Origin: a virus
Taxonomy: Duplodnaviria > Heunggongvirae > Uroviricota > Caudoviricetes
Virus record (IMG/VR): IMGVR_UViG_2802429217_000001
Length of the DNA: 21,835 nucleotides
Reading direction: 5' to 3' (one strand)
Part shown: positions 9,627 through 18,602 of the stretch, piece by piece
How the letters are laid out: each line of letters begins with the position of its first letter
How positions within the stretch are numbered: position 1 is the stretch's first letter
Notes under the pieces: model-generated
What the model was told of the DNA's origin: nothing
The model's input: only the letters and a program-made list of their open reading frames with translations
Databases searched by the model: none
Translations under genes and position numbers: made by a program

Positions 9627-10187
9627 TCAGGAAGGAAGGGGTATTTCGGTGTGATGTTCGATATCGCCGTCAGGCCCGTTACCGGGCTCGAGATAATCAA
9701 CATCAATCGCCAGCGTTTGCAGTTCATCCAGACTGTTCAGATCATCCTGCTGGCGGGTATCGTCTTCAGTCAGCTCGCTGATGACCGAAAAATCGAACTG
9801 ATAAATCAGCTCATGACGATTCAGATCCAGCAGCATGCCGCCGTCATAGGTAATCGGGTTACCGCACGCCTCCGGGTTCCAGCCCAGCAGAGCCTTAAAG
9901 AGCATCTGCCGGACATCGTCCACCACATCATACGAGGCAAACTGACCGCGCTCATCACGCCCGTTACTCAGTATGACAACCACGGAGAAACCCTCTTTCA
10001 GCTCCTGCCAGTAGTCGGTCTGGCTTTTGTTTTCTCCCGGAGAATCATCACCCGGTACAACATATGCCGCCGGGAGTTTCAGCTTTCCGACCTCCGGCAG
10101 ATTTTTGAACTGGGCCGCGCCTGCAACCCGGTTTTCAAAATACGGACAACGGGCACGCAGTGCAGCAATAACAGGCGTCAGTTTCAT
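9627..10187 (-). CDS. Virion morphogenesis protein (tail completion/terminator-like; gp37-like?)
   Basis: 186-aa ORF between the HK97 gp10-like gene and the sheath, overlapping the upstream gene stop. Function inferred from position only. Confidence 0.45.
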   Translation of the reverse strand: MKLTPVIAALRARCPYFENRVAGAAQFKNLPEVGKLKLPAAYVVPGDDSPGENKSQTDYWQELKEGFSVVVILSNGRDERGQFASYDVVDDVRQMLFKALLGWNPEACGNPITYDGGMLLDLNRHELIYQFDFSVISELTEDDTRQQDDLNSLDELQTLAIDVDYLEPGNGPDGDIEHHTEIPLPS

Positions 10188-10690
10188 CTGTGTCGTCGCT
10201 CCGGCTTCAGTGATTTACGCAATTCCCGCGCCAGAAAATAGCGTGTCCAGCTGCGGTTCTTTTCAAGCGTTTCCACCATGAAGTTATTACGTGGAGCCAG
10301 TCGCCAGCCGCTGCCACCGGATGCACCACGATGATGACTACGACGACGTTTTGCTCCTCCCCGGACACCAAAAAACAGAAACGCCGGATAGAAGTCACCA
10401 GAGATCATCCGGTTCCCCTTCCCGTTGCGCTGGTTAGGGGCAATGCATGTCATAAAACCGGCTCGCTTTTTACTGGCTCTCGGCACCATATAACCAATCG
10501 AACGAGCCAGGCGTCCGGTCTGATAACCGGGGTTTTCACCCGGTGCCGACCGCGCACGGCGCATCACCAGCCGACGGGCATCACGCATATGACGCTGCCC
10601 AATCGTGACAAACGCCCGCCGGACACGGGCGCGGTTAAAGCGCATCTCGGCGGGCTGCTGAACATCAACGTGAAAAAAGGGAGTCGCCAT
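10184..10690 (-). CDS. HK97 gp10-family head-tail joining protein
   Basis: 168-aa basic, Arg-rich ORF (..GYQTGRLARSIGYMV..) in the expected position after the head-tail adaptor gene. Confidence 0.55.
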   Translation of the reverse strand: MATPFFHVDVQQPAEMRFNRARVRRAFVTIGQRHMRDARRLVMRRARSAPGENPGYQTGRLARSIGYMVPRASKKRAGFMTCIAPNQRNGKGNRMISGDFYPAFLFFGVRGGAKRRRSHHRGASGGSGWRLAPRNNFMVETLEKNRSWTRYFLARELRKSLKPERRHR

Positions 10691-11075
10691 TGCTGCCTCC
10701 GTGACTCTGCCTACATTCGCCCAGCTCCGTACACTCCAGCAGCAGAAAGCGCCGCGCCCCGTTCAGATCACGCTGACGTTTCACCCGGTACACACTGTCA
10801 TCACAGACCACCTCATAATCAGCAGTGATCCCCCGGCGGTAACGAATGGTGATGTAATGGGTGATGGCGTCCCCGGTCTGCGCGGTTTCCTGCCAGGTGG
10901 TGGCACTGGTCTGGATAACCTTCGCCCATGTCCGGAACGTAACCGGGTATTGAGGCTCCACGCCAAAGTTATCCGCGGGCATATCCACCCGCTGGCGGAT
11001 CAGGACGCGTTTATTCAGTTCACCGGGGTCCGGCAGAATGTAGGTTGCGCTGGTCTGCGCCTGACGAATTTTCAT
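10665..11075 (-). CDS. Head-tail adaptor / head closure protein
   Basis: 136-aa ORF following the gp6-like connector gene with an overlapping start. Start codon uncertain. Confidence 0.55.
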   Translation of the reverse strand: MKIRQAQTSATYILPDPGELNKRVLIRQRVDMPADNFGVEPQYPVTFRTWAKVIQTSATTWQETAQTGDAITHYITIRYRRGITADYEVVCDDSVYRVKRQRDLNGARRFLLLECTELGECRQSHGGSNGDSLFSR

Positions 11076-11395
11076 TGCGGGAAATACCTGTACGGGCCGA
11101 CAAGCCAGTTAAAGCTCATTGGCAACTCCATTTTCTCAACGTCTGTAACCGACGAGCGATTTTCGTAAAAATGGCTGATAAGCATCAGCATCCCCAGACG
11201 AATATCATCCGGCAGGTGCAGCCCGTCCGGATCGCTGTCCGGAATAGTTTCATCCGGAGCATAGAGCTTCCGGTTCAGATACGTTTCCGTCCGCTTTTGC
11301 GCCGCACAGGCCAGCAGTTGCAGATGGCGGTCATCAGCATCGAAATCCTCATCCAGCCGGAGTTGGGCTTTAATCTCTTCCATTGTCAGAAGCAT
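11072..11395 (-). CDS. Head-tail connector protein (gp6-like)
   Basis: 107-aa acidic ORF (MLLTMEEIKAQLRLDEDFDADDRHLQLL...) downstream of the capsid gene, as in HK97-type head modules. Confidence 0.6.
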   Translation of the reverse strand: MLLTMEEIKAQLRLDEDFDADDRHLQLLACAAQKRTETYLNRKLYAPDETIPDSDPDGLHLPDDIRLGMLMLISHFYENRSSVTDVEKMELPMSFNWLVGPYRYFPQ

Positions 11396-11397
11396 AC

Positions 11398-11598
11398 TCA
11401 GCCCTCTTTACTGGTCGTGGCTTTTTTCTCTTTTGTCGCTTTACTGCTTTTTGCACTGGTTCCGCGCTCTGCTAACCCGGCCTGAAGTGCAATCTCCTGC
11501 ACCCGGGCAGGAAGCGCCCCGTCGTCATACTCACCGGCCCGAATGACCTCAACACGCATACCGTCCGGTGACCATTTCAGATCTTGTTTCAGGATCAT
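11398..11598 (-). CDS. Hypothetical small protein (66 aa), Lys/Ser/Thr-rich tail
   Basis: ORF directly after the major capsid gene; ATG 11598 with GGTGAAG upstream. No recognisable family. Confidence 0.4.
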   Translation of the reverse strand: MILKQDLKWSPDGMRVEVIRAGEYDDGALPARVQEIALQAGLAERGTSAKSSKATKEKKATTSKEG

Positions 11599-11617
11599 GA
11601 TTCTTCACCCGTCAGAA

Positions 11618-11642
11618 CAGGGGGCGCGGTTCCACGCCCCTG
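11618..11642 (-). other. GC-rich hairpin immediately 3' of the major capsid gene
   Basis: Minus-strand RNA CAGGGGCG-UGGAACCG-CGCCCC(C)UG, an 8-bp stem with one bulge, about 5 nt after the capsid stop. No strong U-tract follows. Confidence 0.4.
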
Positions 11643-11647
11643 AGTGA

Positions 11648-12853
11648 TTACGCCGCTGCAATCTTCAGCAGTTTGATGGCCTGCGAATCGACCAGCATCC
11701 CGCCGGTGCGCTTGGTGGTATAAAAACCGACAAACGGTTTATTGGTGTACGGGTCACGCAGAATGCGGGTGCCGATACGGTCAACGATGGTGTAACCCCG
11801 TTTGAAGTTACCAAATGCAATGGCTTTCGCATCAGCGGCGATATCCGGCATCTGTTCGTTTTCAGCGATACCGTAACCCGCCAGAGAGGACGGCTGCCCC
11901 AGCTCCAGCCCCGGACGCCACAGATAGTTACCCTCGCTGTCTTTCAGCAGACGGATGGCAAACAGGCTGTTGTTGTTCATCATGAACTTCGCGCCAGTGC
12001 GGTGTGCCTTACGCAGCGTGTAAATCAGTTTGATAATGGCGTCTGCGGTCACCGCCGTCGCTTCGCCGGATACAATATGCTGAAGTTTGCCGAACGCCCG
12101 GACCTTATCGGTTTCATCAGTGGATTCATACGCCAGGAACCCTTTCGGCTTCTTGGTGCCATCGCCTGAGGTAAAGGCAATTTCTTCCTGTTCGGCAAAT
12201 TCGGTTGCCAGCTCGCTGTTGATCCAGGCCTCCACGTTGAAGAAGGCATCGTCCAGCATTTTCTGGGTGGCCTGCGGGTTGCCGTAGATTTCCCCCATGA
12301 AAGGTTCAATCAGTCCCAGTTTTGAGGTGGCAGTCTGGGAGCGCGCGTCAGTCTCGCCCACCCATCCGGAAGCCGTGCCGCCCAGATTCACCAGTTTTTT
12401 GTAGTCGGAACCGCCAACGGTGATCACCGTGGCTTCCTGGCGCATCACCACTTCATCTTTCAGCAGGGTGAGAATGTTGCGATCCAGTGCTTCCGGCACG
12501 GCATAGCCACCGTCTTCATCGGTGCCCACCTGCAATGCCTTGCGCTCCAGATCGCGCAGACCGTCTTCACGGCCTTTACGCAGGAAGCCCACAAACGCCT
12601 CTTTATGCTCGGTGGCCAGTTTATTTTGCGCACCACCTGCCGGACGTTTCAGCTCAAGCAGCTCTTTTTCAAGGTCGCTTTTGAGATTTTCCAGCTCGCT
12701 GAGTTTCCCGTTCAGGGTTTCCACCTGCCCGGCAAGTTTGCCTTTTTCCTGCTCAATCGCATCCACGCGCTTGTCGTTCTTTGCTTTGAAGTCGTCAAAC
12801 TTCTGCTGCAGCTCCTGCGCGACCTGTTCGACATCTTTAATATCAACCGCCAT
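11648..12853 (-). CDS. Major capsid protein, HK97 family
   Basis: 401-aa ORF with a coiled-coil-like N-terminal delta region (..LQQKFDDFKAKNDKRVDAIEQEKGKL..) and strong SD (AGGAGAAATACG-ATG), directly after the prohead protease. Confidence 0.9.
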   Translation of the reverse strand: MAVDIKDVEQVAQELQQKFDDFKAKNDKRVDAIEQEKGKLAGQVETLNGKLSELENLKSDLEKELLELKRPAGGAQNKLATEHKEAFVGFLRKGREDGLRDLERKALQVGTDEDGGYAVPEALDRNILTLLKDEVVMRQEATVITVGGSDYKKLVNLGGTASGWVGETDARSQTATSKLGLIEPFMGEIYGNPQATQKMLDDAFFNVEAWINSELATEFAEQEEIAFTSGDGTKKPKGFLAYESTDETDKVRAFGKLQHIVSGEATAVTADAIIKLIYTLRKAHRTGAKFMMNNNSLFAIRLLKDSEGNYLWRPGLELGQPSSLAGYGIAENEQMPDIAADAKAIAFGNFKRGYTIVDRIGTRILRDPYTNKPFVGFYTTKRTGGMLVDSQAIKLLKIAAA

Positions 12854-12867
12854 CGTATTTCTCCTGA

Positions 12868-13554
12868 TTAGAAGTTCAGATTTTTCAGTGCATTCAGTGC
12901 AGAGCCCACATCCTCAGCGTCGCGCAGGGACAGTGCGCCATAGCCCCCGGCCATGAATGCTTTGGCCTGGGTACGGGAGAGTCCGACATCACGCAGGACT
13001 CTTTCGATTTTTTTCTGTTCGGGGATTTCCCCGCGGGCCAGTGCGTTCTTGACGTCGCTGATCCGCGCCTCGTCGTTAGACGGGAACGTCACCAGGCTGA
13101 CTTCCCAGAGGTCGATTTCTTTCAGCAGAAAGGCTTCTTTGCTCCGGTCGTATTCCCAGTCTTTCAGGACGTACCCAATAGAAAGGCCGGTTAACGAACC
13201 GGCCTTCATGTGTGCATGTGCGCGTTTTGCGAGGGGATCATCATCAATAAGCAACCGTCCCCTGACGTAAAGCCCGACATCGTCTTCCTTCATTTCGGTG
13301 TAAACACCGATGGGTTCATCCATGCGGTGCTGCCAGAGCAGCGCAGGTAACGCTTTTCTGTCACTCCACGCCCGCAGGGAAGCAGCAAATGCCCCGGACA
13401 TCACCACATCATCGTGGCTGTCCTTTACACCAAAGACGGAGCCATACCCTTCAAACTCACCGGAGTCACTGACAGATTTCAGACTCAGCGGTACATCAAG
13501 ACGTTGTTTCGTCTGCATTGGCGTTATCCTTCTGCTTACCGGCTTTACTGCCAT
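12868..13554 (-). CDS. Prohead protease, HK97 family
   Basis: 228-aa ORF between portal and capsid; overlaps the portal 3' end. The true start may be the internal Met (MQTKQ...). Confidence 0.8.
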   Translation of the reverse strand: MAVKPVSRRITPMQTKQRLDVPLSLKSVSDSGEFEGYGSVFGVKDSHDDVVMSGAFAASLRAWSDRKALPALLWQHRMDEPIGVYTEMKEDDVGLYVRGRLLIDDDPLAKRAHAHMKAGSLTGLSIGYVLKDWEYDRSKEAFLLKEIDLWEVSLVTFPSNDEARISDVKNALARGEIPEQKKIERVLRDVGLSRTQAKAFMAGGYGALSLRDAEDVGSALNALKNLNF

Positions 13555-14737
13555 CGGAGGGTTTCGTGGTCATGTTCATCGGTGTGAGATAGACATCACC
13601 ACCGGGACGCGGATTCATATCTTCCAGGTCGCGGCAGTCATTGGGAGAGTAAATTCCCCAGTTGATCCCGGTGGCGTAGGCTTCAAAACGGGACTTCATA
13701 TCCCCGCGCAGTAACGCCCCGGCGTTAAATTTGGCGTAATAAACGCCCTGCTTACTTTTTCGTACCAGTCCGGTGTTGATCCGCTGTTCGATGCGGGTCA
13801 GATACGGCACCAGTGAATAGTTGATAAATCCCAGCCCCAGCTCTTCGATATTGTTGAAGGTGGCGCGATCGGTGTTCTGCACCATGTGCAACGGCACCCG
13901 GAACAGACGACAGATTTCTTCAAGCTGAAACTTGCGGGTTTCCAGGAACTGGCTGTCCTCGGCGTTCAGCGCCATCGACTTCCAGTCCAGCCCCATCTCA
14001 AGGATCATCGGGCGGTGAGCATTTCCAAGCCCGGTGTGACGCTCCTCAAAATCTTTCTTCAGGCGCTCATAAGCCTGATCTGACAGCGTCTGCTCTGTAC
14101 GCAACACACCCGACGTCACCGCGCCATTGCTGAACAGTCTGGCCCCGTGCTCTTCGGTCGCTGCCGCCAGCGATATTGCCTCGCGGGCATAGGCGATGGG
14201 ATTCAGCCCCACCAGTCCGTCCAGCGTCAGCGTGCGCACATGCCAGATATCCTCCTGGCTCAGTACATCCGTGGAGCCATCCGGGAATGTGACCTGATAG
14301 ACCGGCTCCCAGCTACTGTTAAGCTTCGGTACCACACAGCCGGGATCGACGGGCAGCAGTTCAGCCACTTCGCCAAATGCTTTCACTTTGTAGGCGTAAA
14401 AGTTTCCCCGCAGGCACAGACAGGTGACCACCAGCTCCCAGAACTCCTGCGGCGTCATATAGCCATTGGGATGCGTGGAGATCAGCTTATGCAGACGTTC
14501 GCCAGTGGCTCTCTGCTTCAGGCTGCCGTTCAGGTGATACAGGTTGCAGGGCAACATCCCGACCGACTCCGCCAGCACCCTGACACAGGAAAAAACCGCC
14601 GTCAGTCGCATGGCCCGCTGGCTGCTGATCTGCTTTCCGGTATAGGTGTCGTAGGACAACCCGATAGCATCCGCCAGCTCTGCTGGCGTGGTCACCGGTG
14701 CGTCACTTTTTCGTTGAAATAATCCCGAAAAGAACAC
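13496..14737 (-). CDS. Portal protein, HK97 family
   Basis: 413-aa ORF between the terminase and protease genes; length and position typical. Confidence 0.85.
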   Translation of the reverse strand: MFFSGLFQRKSDAPVTTPAELADAIGLSYDTYTGKQISSQRAMRLTAVFSCVRVLAESVGMLPCNLYHLNGSLKQRATGERLHKLISTHPNGYMTPQEFWELVVTCLCLRGNFYAYKVKAFGEVAELLPVDPGCVVPKLNSSWEPVYQVTFPDGSTDVLSQEDIWHVRTLTLDGLVGLNPIAYAREAISLAAATEEHGARLFSNGAVTSGVLRTEQTLSDQAYERLKKDFEERHTGLGNAHRPMILEMGLDWKSMALNAEDSQFLETRKFQLEEICRLFRVPLHMVQNTDRATFNNIEELGLGFINYSLVPYLTRIEQRINTGLVRKSKQGVYYAKFNAGALLRGDMKSRFEAYATGINWGIYSPNDCRDLEDMNPRPGGDVYLTPMNMTTKPSDGSKAGKQKDNANADETTS

Positions 14738-14919
14738 TATTTACCTCCGCCGACAGACGACTGTGTACGGTCAAGATATCGCGCCACCAGCCACGACCAG
14801 AACAGGCACAACGCCCCGGCAACAACAAACCCCGCCGGGGGATAAATCAGCCAGGCACCATACGCCAGAAAAAGCGCCCCCAGCATGCCCACCAGAGGCG
14901 CGAGAATCAGCATGATCAT
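14737..14919 (-). CDS. Small hydrophobic membrane protein (60 aa)
   Basis: [49 protein letters not shown]...: two predicted TM segments. SD GAGGT 6 nt before the ATG; stop overlaps the portal start. Confidence 0.5.
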   Translation of the reverse strand: MIMLILAPLVGMLGALFLAYGAWLIYPPAGFVVAGALCLFWSWLVARYLDRTQSSVGGGK

Positions 14920-14930
14920 AATTACCTCAG

Positions 14931-16664
14931 TTAAAGCGAGCGGATCCCATAGGACTCAATGTGGTCAGACAGCGTGTCTTCTTTCTCGTACAGCATGGCT
15001 CTGCCAACCGCCATAATCAGCGCAACTGCACCATCGATTTTGTTTTCCGCCTGCTCTTTGACGGGCTTCACCACATCATCGTTACCCGGAATGGTTTTGC
15101 CGACCACGTTGCCGATACACCAGGTCATGATGGGATTGCCATCATGATGAAAGCGCCCCGATTCAATTGCCGCTTCCAGCTCTTTCATCGGGTCGGACAT
15201 GTTGGTGTAGTTCTGAATGATAGTGATGGGGTTCAGGTCTTCATCAGCAAGGTCATGTGAGAGCCCGGTCGCCCCGAAGGGGTCGATGGGTGACTCGCTG
15301 ACCGGGCTGATTTTGTTCGCCGCTTTGGCCTCTTCGAGGATGTAGCGATAATCCACCTCCGCACCATCGGTAACGGTCAGAACGCCCATTTCCACCCATT
15401 TCTGAAAGCGTTCGGCTGTCCGGCGATCTTCATTTTTCTCGACGCTGTACACCGTGTCATACGGTACCCAGAAACGCGGGGCTACACTGTAGTAATGCGT
15501 TTTACCGTCAATCTCGCGGGTATAAAGTCGCGCCATGCTGTTCATATCCAGTTTACGCGCCAGGTCAAAGGCCAGAATGCACGGCTGCCCCTCGAACTGC
15601 TCAAGGGACAGTGATTTATCCTCGCAGCTCTGCCAGCTCACCAGGTTGAAATACGCCGAACGCGCCGACACCCAGATATTGAGGTGTTTTGTTTTAAAGA
15701 CGTTTGCCAGACGGGCGTTATTTTTCGCGCGCTGTTGCTGACTTAACAAAAACTCACGGTAAACCGACACCCCGATATTCGGGTTGGCTTTTTCCAGCAC
15801 CTGCGGGTCGGTCCAGTCGTCACCTTCGTCAACGGTATAGATGATCCCGAACAGTTCATCGTTGGGTACCGAACCGTTGAGCATCTCGATGACTTCCCGC
15901 CGTTTGTCGTAGCACGGCCCCTCAATGTTGTACCCGGCGGTAGTGATAGCCCACATCAGTGGCTGACGTCGCGCCCCCATCCCGGTAAGCATCGTGGTGT
16001 AAAGCGCATCTGTGGCGTGCTCGTGATATTCATCCACCACCGCACAGTGGGGTGATGAACCATCACCGGGGTTACCGATCAGCGGTTCAAAACGCGCACC
16101 ATCCTCCGGACGGTTCATGTTTGAGGCGTTAACCTCAATCCCGAACGCTTCCGTCAGCATGGGTGTGCGTTTACACATCAGTCTTGCCGGACGAAAGACT
16201 TCCCATGCCTGTTTCTCCGTCGTGGCACCGGAATACACTTCCGCGCCGAACTCGTTATCACAGGCAAAACAATACAGAGCGACACCGGCAGAAATTGCCG
16301 ATTTGCCGTTCTTACGGGGGATTTCGGTATACACCTCACGGAAGCGGCGCAGCCGGGAGCCTTTATTGACCCAGCCAAACGCGCAGCAGATCACAAAGAG
16401 CTGCCACGGCTCCAGCGTGATAGGCATCCTCTTGAATGCCCACTCACCCTTGGTGTGCGGCAACAGCTGAATAAATTTGGCGGCCCGTTCAGCCAGGTCC
16501 TTGTCGAAGCGGTAACGAAACGACTTACTTTTTTCCGCCATCAGGTCATCAAGATGGCGCTGGCAGGCCTGAATCACAAACTGGCAGGCCACAATCTTTC
16601 CGCGCACGACATCACGGGCATACTGATTGGCAGCATTTACGTTGGGGTAAGATTTCCGGCTCAT
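14931..16664 (-). CDS. Terminase large subunit
   Basis: 577-aa ORF with a Walker A-like motif (..[12 protein letters not shown]..) in the N-terminal ATPase part; directly follows the small subunit gene. Confidence 0.9.
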   Translation of the reverse strand: MSRKSYPNVNAANQYARDVVRGKIVACQFVIQACQRHLDDLMAEKSKSFRYRFDKDLAERAAKFIQLLPHTKGEWAFKRMPITLEPWQLFVICCAFGWVNKGSRLRRFREVYTEIPRKNGKSAISAGVALYCFACDNEFGAEVYSGATTEKQAWEVFRPARLMCKRTPMLTEAFGIEVNASNMNRPEDGARFEPLIGNPGDGSSPHCAVVDEYHEHATDALYTTMLTGMGARRQPLMWAITTAGYNIEGPCYDKRREVIEMLNGSVPNDELFGIIYTVDEGDDWTDPQVLEKANPNIGVSVYREFLLSQQQRAKNNARLANVFKTKHLNIWVSARSAYFNLVSWQSCEDKSLSLEQFEGQPCILAFDLARKLDMNSMARLYTREIDGKTHYYSVAPRFWVPYDTVYSVEKNEDRRTAERFQKWVEMGVLTVTDGAEVDYRYILEEAKAANKISPVSESPIDPFGATGLSHDLADEDLNPITIIQNYTNMSDPMKELEAAIESGRFHHDGNPIMTWCIGNVVGKTIPGNDDVVKPVKEQAENKIDGAVALIMAVGRAMLYEKEDTLSDHIESYGIRSL

Positions 16665-17155
16665 GACTCGATGATTTTCAGAAACGGGTTAGTGGCTTTC
16701 TTCTGCCCCGCCAGGCCAATCAGACGCTGGCGGCTGCTGGGGTCGAGTCCGAGCATTGCCCCCGTACTGCTCATCTCGGACTCCTGTTCTTTTTTGGCGG
16801 TCAGCTCCGGATTTTTGACCATACCGCCCATTGCACCGGTGATGGTGTTGCCCTGTCTGGCAATATTTTTCACGGCACGTCGCCAGAACTCATAGGCCAC
16901 ACACCACCGCTCAAGCACCGCGAGGTCAGTCACGCACAGCAGGCCCTGACCGCAGAGTTCTTTGGTTGTCAGTTGCCACATGATCGTGGCGAGAGGGAGA
17001 TCTTCTTCAGCGAACCACTCCGGTGGCTCAACACCTTTGATGGGCGTAAAAACAGGTTCATCTTTATTCAGGGCTCGCTTGCCGGGGTTTCCGGCCAGCG
17101 CCTTGCGCGCCGTTGGCTTGGGGCGACGCCCGGAACGCCCCGCCGTTCCAGCCAT
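16661..17155 (-). CDS. Terminase small subunit
   Basis: ORF immediately upstream of the large subunit with an ATGA-type overlap. Start set at ATG 17155 (SD AGGAG 8 nt upstream) rather than the track's GTG 17164. Confidence 0.75.
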   Translation of the reverse strand: MAGTAGRSGRRPKPTARKALAGNPGKRALNKDEPVFTPIKGVEPPEWFAEEDLPLATIMWQLTTKELCGQGLLCVTDLAVLERWCVAYEFWRRAVKNIARQGNTITGAMGGMVKNPELTAKKEQESEMSSTGAMLGLDPSSRQRLIGLAGQKKATNPFLKIIES

Positions 17156-17194
17156 ATGCGGCACTCCTGGTTAAATTTCATTTTTCGCGGGTAT

Positions 17195-17254
17195 AAAAAA
17201 ACGATGGGGCGGGCAGTCCGGAAGACGTCAGGCCAAAGGGATTTGACCCGCCCC
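17195..17254 (-). other. GC-rich inverted repeat plus U7 between the HNH and small terminase genes (terminator-like; candidate cos region)
   Basis: Minus-strand arms GGGGCGGG (plus 17247-17254) and CCCGCCCC (plus 17206-17213) around a 33-nt loop containing GACGTC, then AUCG + U7 (plus a-run 17195-17201). Confidence 0.35.
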
Positions 17255-17280
17255 TCCCCTCTGGCAGTGGGAACTGGTTC

Positions 17281-17631
17281 TTACTTCAGCCGTTCACGGG
17301 CCGTCTTCGCCTTATGACACGGCCAGCACAGACTCTGCAGATTATTGTCGGCATCAGTGCCGCCATGCGCTTTAGGGATGATGTGGTCAACGGTTTTTGC
17401 TTCACGCACCACGCCAGCACGCTGGCATAACTGACATAAACCTTTGTCACGCTTCAGCACGCGCGCGCGGATAACGTCCCACTTCGAACCATAACCGCGC
17501 TGATGACGGGACTGACCTGGCTTGTATTGCTTCCAGCCTTCGCTTTTGTGGCTTTCGCAGTAGCCTGAAGGATCTGTGGTGGTATGGCGGCAGCCGCGAA
17601 AACGGCAGGCTTTTGGGGTTCGTGGTGGCAT
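17281..17631 (-). CDS. HNH endonuclease (packaging-associated)
   Basis: 116-aa ORF with Cys pairs and the motif ..VDHIIPKAHGGTDADNNLQSLCWPCHKAKT..; located directly upstream of the terminase genes. Confidence 0.85.
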   Translation of the reverse strand: MPPRTPKACRFRGCRHTTTDPSGYCESHKSEGWKQYKPGQSRHQRGYGSKWDVIRARVLKRDKGLCQLCQRAGVVREAKTVDHIIPKAHGGTDADNNLQSLCWPCHKAKTARERLK

Positions 17632-17733
17632 TTAAAGTGGGATCTAACTCTAATAATTTAAAAAATTTAATTGGGTCTTGATATTAATCACATAGACTCA
17701 ATGCTCTTTAGTTCTTACATAGGTGGTTGTATT

Positions 17734-18174
17734 ATGAGTATCCCCAGTTTAGATGTTCATAAAGTTGTTAAGTGCGCGGAGCATAAAAAGGCTTTAGATG
17801 CAATATCTCTCAAACTTAAGAATAACATTATTGACTCAAGCACTGAATGCGATTTTCTTGGCGACACAATAATTTTCAATCAAGATAAAAAAAATAGGTT
17901 AACCCTCAAACTTTCAACATATGAACTAGAACTTATTTTCAAAGAAACACTGCTGATCATTGATGACGCTCCTGTATTGAAGTTTGCTGCCATTGACCCA
18001 ACCGATGAAAATAACAACGAGTTGATTGATTTATTTTTATCCAAAAATGGATTTATTTATATTAGAGAATACAAATCCGAGCAACGTTATGAATATGGCG
18101 ACACTTCTCTATTTTTACATATACTTGACGCTACTCTTAAAGAGCTTAAAGCTGCAAACAAAATATCCTATTAA
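17734..18174 (+). CDS. Hypothetical protein, AT-rich cargo (moron) gene on the opposite strand
   Basis: Plus-strand ORF in a conspicuously AT-rich island between the Rz and HNH genes. Start set at ATG 17734 (SD AGGTGG, about 7-nt spacer; product MSIPSLDVHK..., 146 aa) rather than the track's TTG 17671. No recognisable family. Confidence 0.5.
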   Translation: MSIPSLDVHKVVKCAEHKKALDAISLKLKNNIIDSSTECDFLGDTIIFNQDKKNRLTLKLSTYELELIFKETLLIIDDAPVLKFAAIDPTDENNNELIDLFLSKNGFIYIREYKSEQRYEYGDTSLFLHILDATLKELKAANKISY

Positions 18175-18352
18175 ATAAATTTTTGCTAACATAGCCCCTC
18201 GCCATGACAAGATTTTCTGTTCTAGATGCAAGGGCTATGTGTGAATATCTATAAACAAAAACCCCATCCGGTGATTTTTGTCATTTTTTAGCCATCTCAA
18301 TTGCGGCATCAAAAAGTCGTTCAAGAATAAAATCAGGGTACTGTAATTTTTC

Positions 18353-18595
18353 TTACTCGATATGAAGCTTATAAATTTTTCTTCCCCACTCCCATTTAAA
18401 ATCAAATCCAGAAGCAGAAGGTGCGAAATGTATTTTAGCTTTAGGGTTAGCGTAACCAGCAACAGTCAACACATCAAACTTAAAATCTTGAGGTTTAATA
18501 CGCATAGTCATATCCTTTACCAAGTTCATCATTATTCTTCGCGAGAATAAAACAATGAATAAAATCATTAAAGCATAGACGTTAAATATCCTCAA
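18353..18595 (-). CDS. Small hypothetical protein, start uncertain
   Basis: 80-aa ORF from a TTG start with a hydrophobic N-terminus (ALMILFIVLF). Alternative start at ATG 18505 (SD AAGGA, 7-nt spacer) gives a 50-aa product MRIKPQDFKFDVLTVAGYANPKAKIHFAPSASGFDFKWEWG.... AT-rich. Confidence 0.3.
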   Translation of the reverse strand: MRIFNVYALMILFIVLFSRRIMMNLVKDMTMRIKPQDFKFDVLTVAGYANPKAKIHFAPSASGFDFKWEWGRKIYKLHIE

Positions 18596-18602
18596 AATGT
18601 GA

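Noticed and set aside
12049-12309. Minus-strand 86-aa ORF nested in the major capsid gene
   Set aside because: Alternative frame inside a strongly supported gene; no independent start signals.
17671-17733. TTG start at 17671 for the plus-strand cargo gene
   Set aside because: No SD and a rare start codon; the downstream ATG 17734 has an AGGTGG SD at good spacing.
18241-18290. Possible terminator at AAAAACCCCATCCGGTGATTTTTG
   Set aside because: I could not find a convincing complementary arm for a stable stem in the flanking sequence, despite the T-run.
18362-18550. Plus-strand 62-aa ORF
   Set aside because: No SD and a low-complexity basic product; overlaps the more protein-like minus-strand ORF. 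Both remain uncertain.
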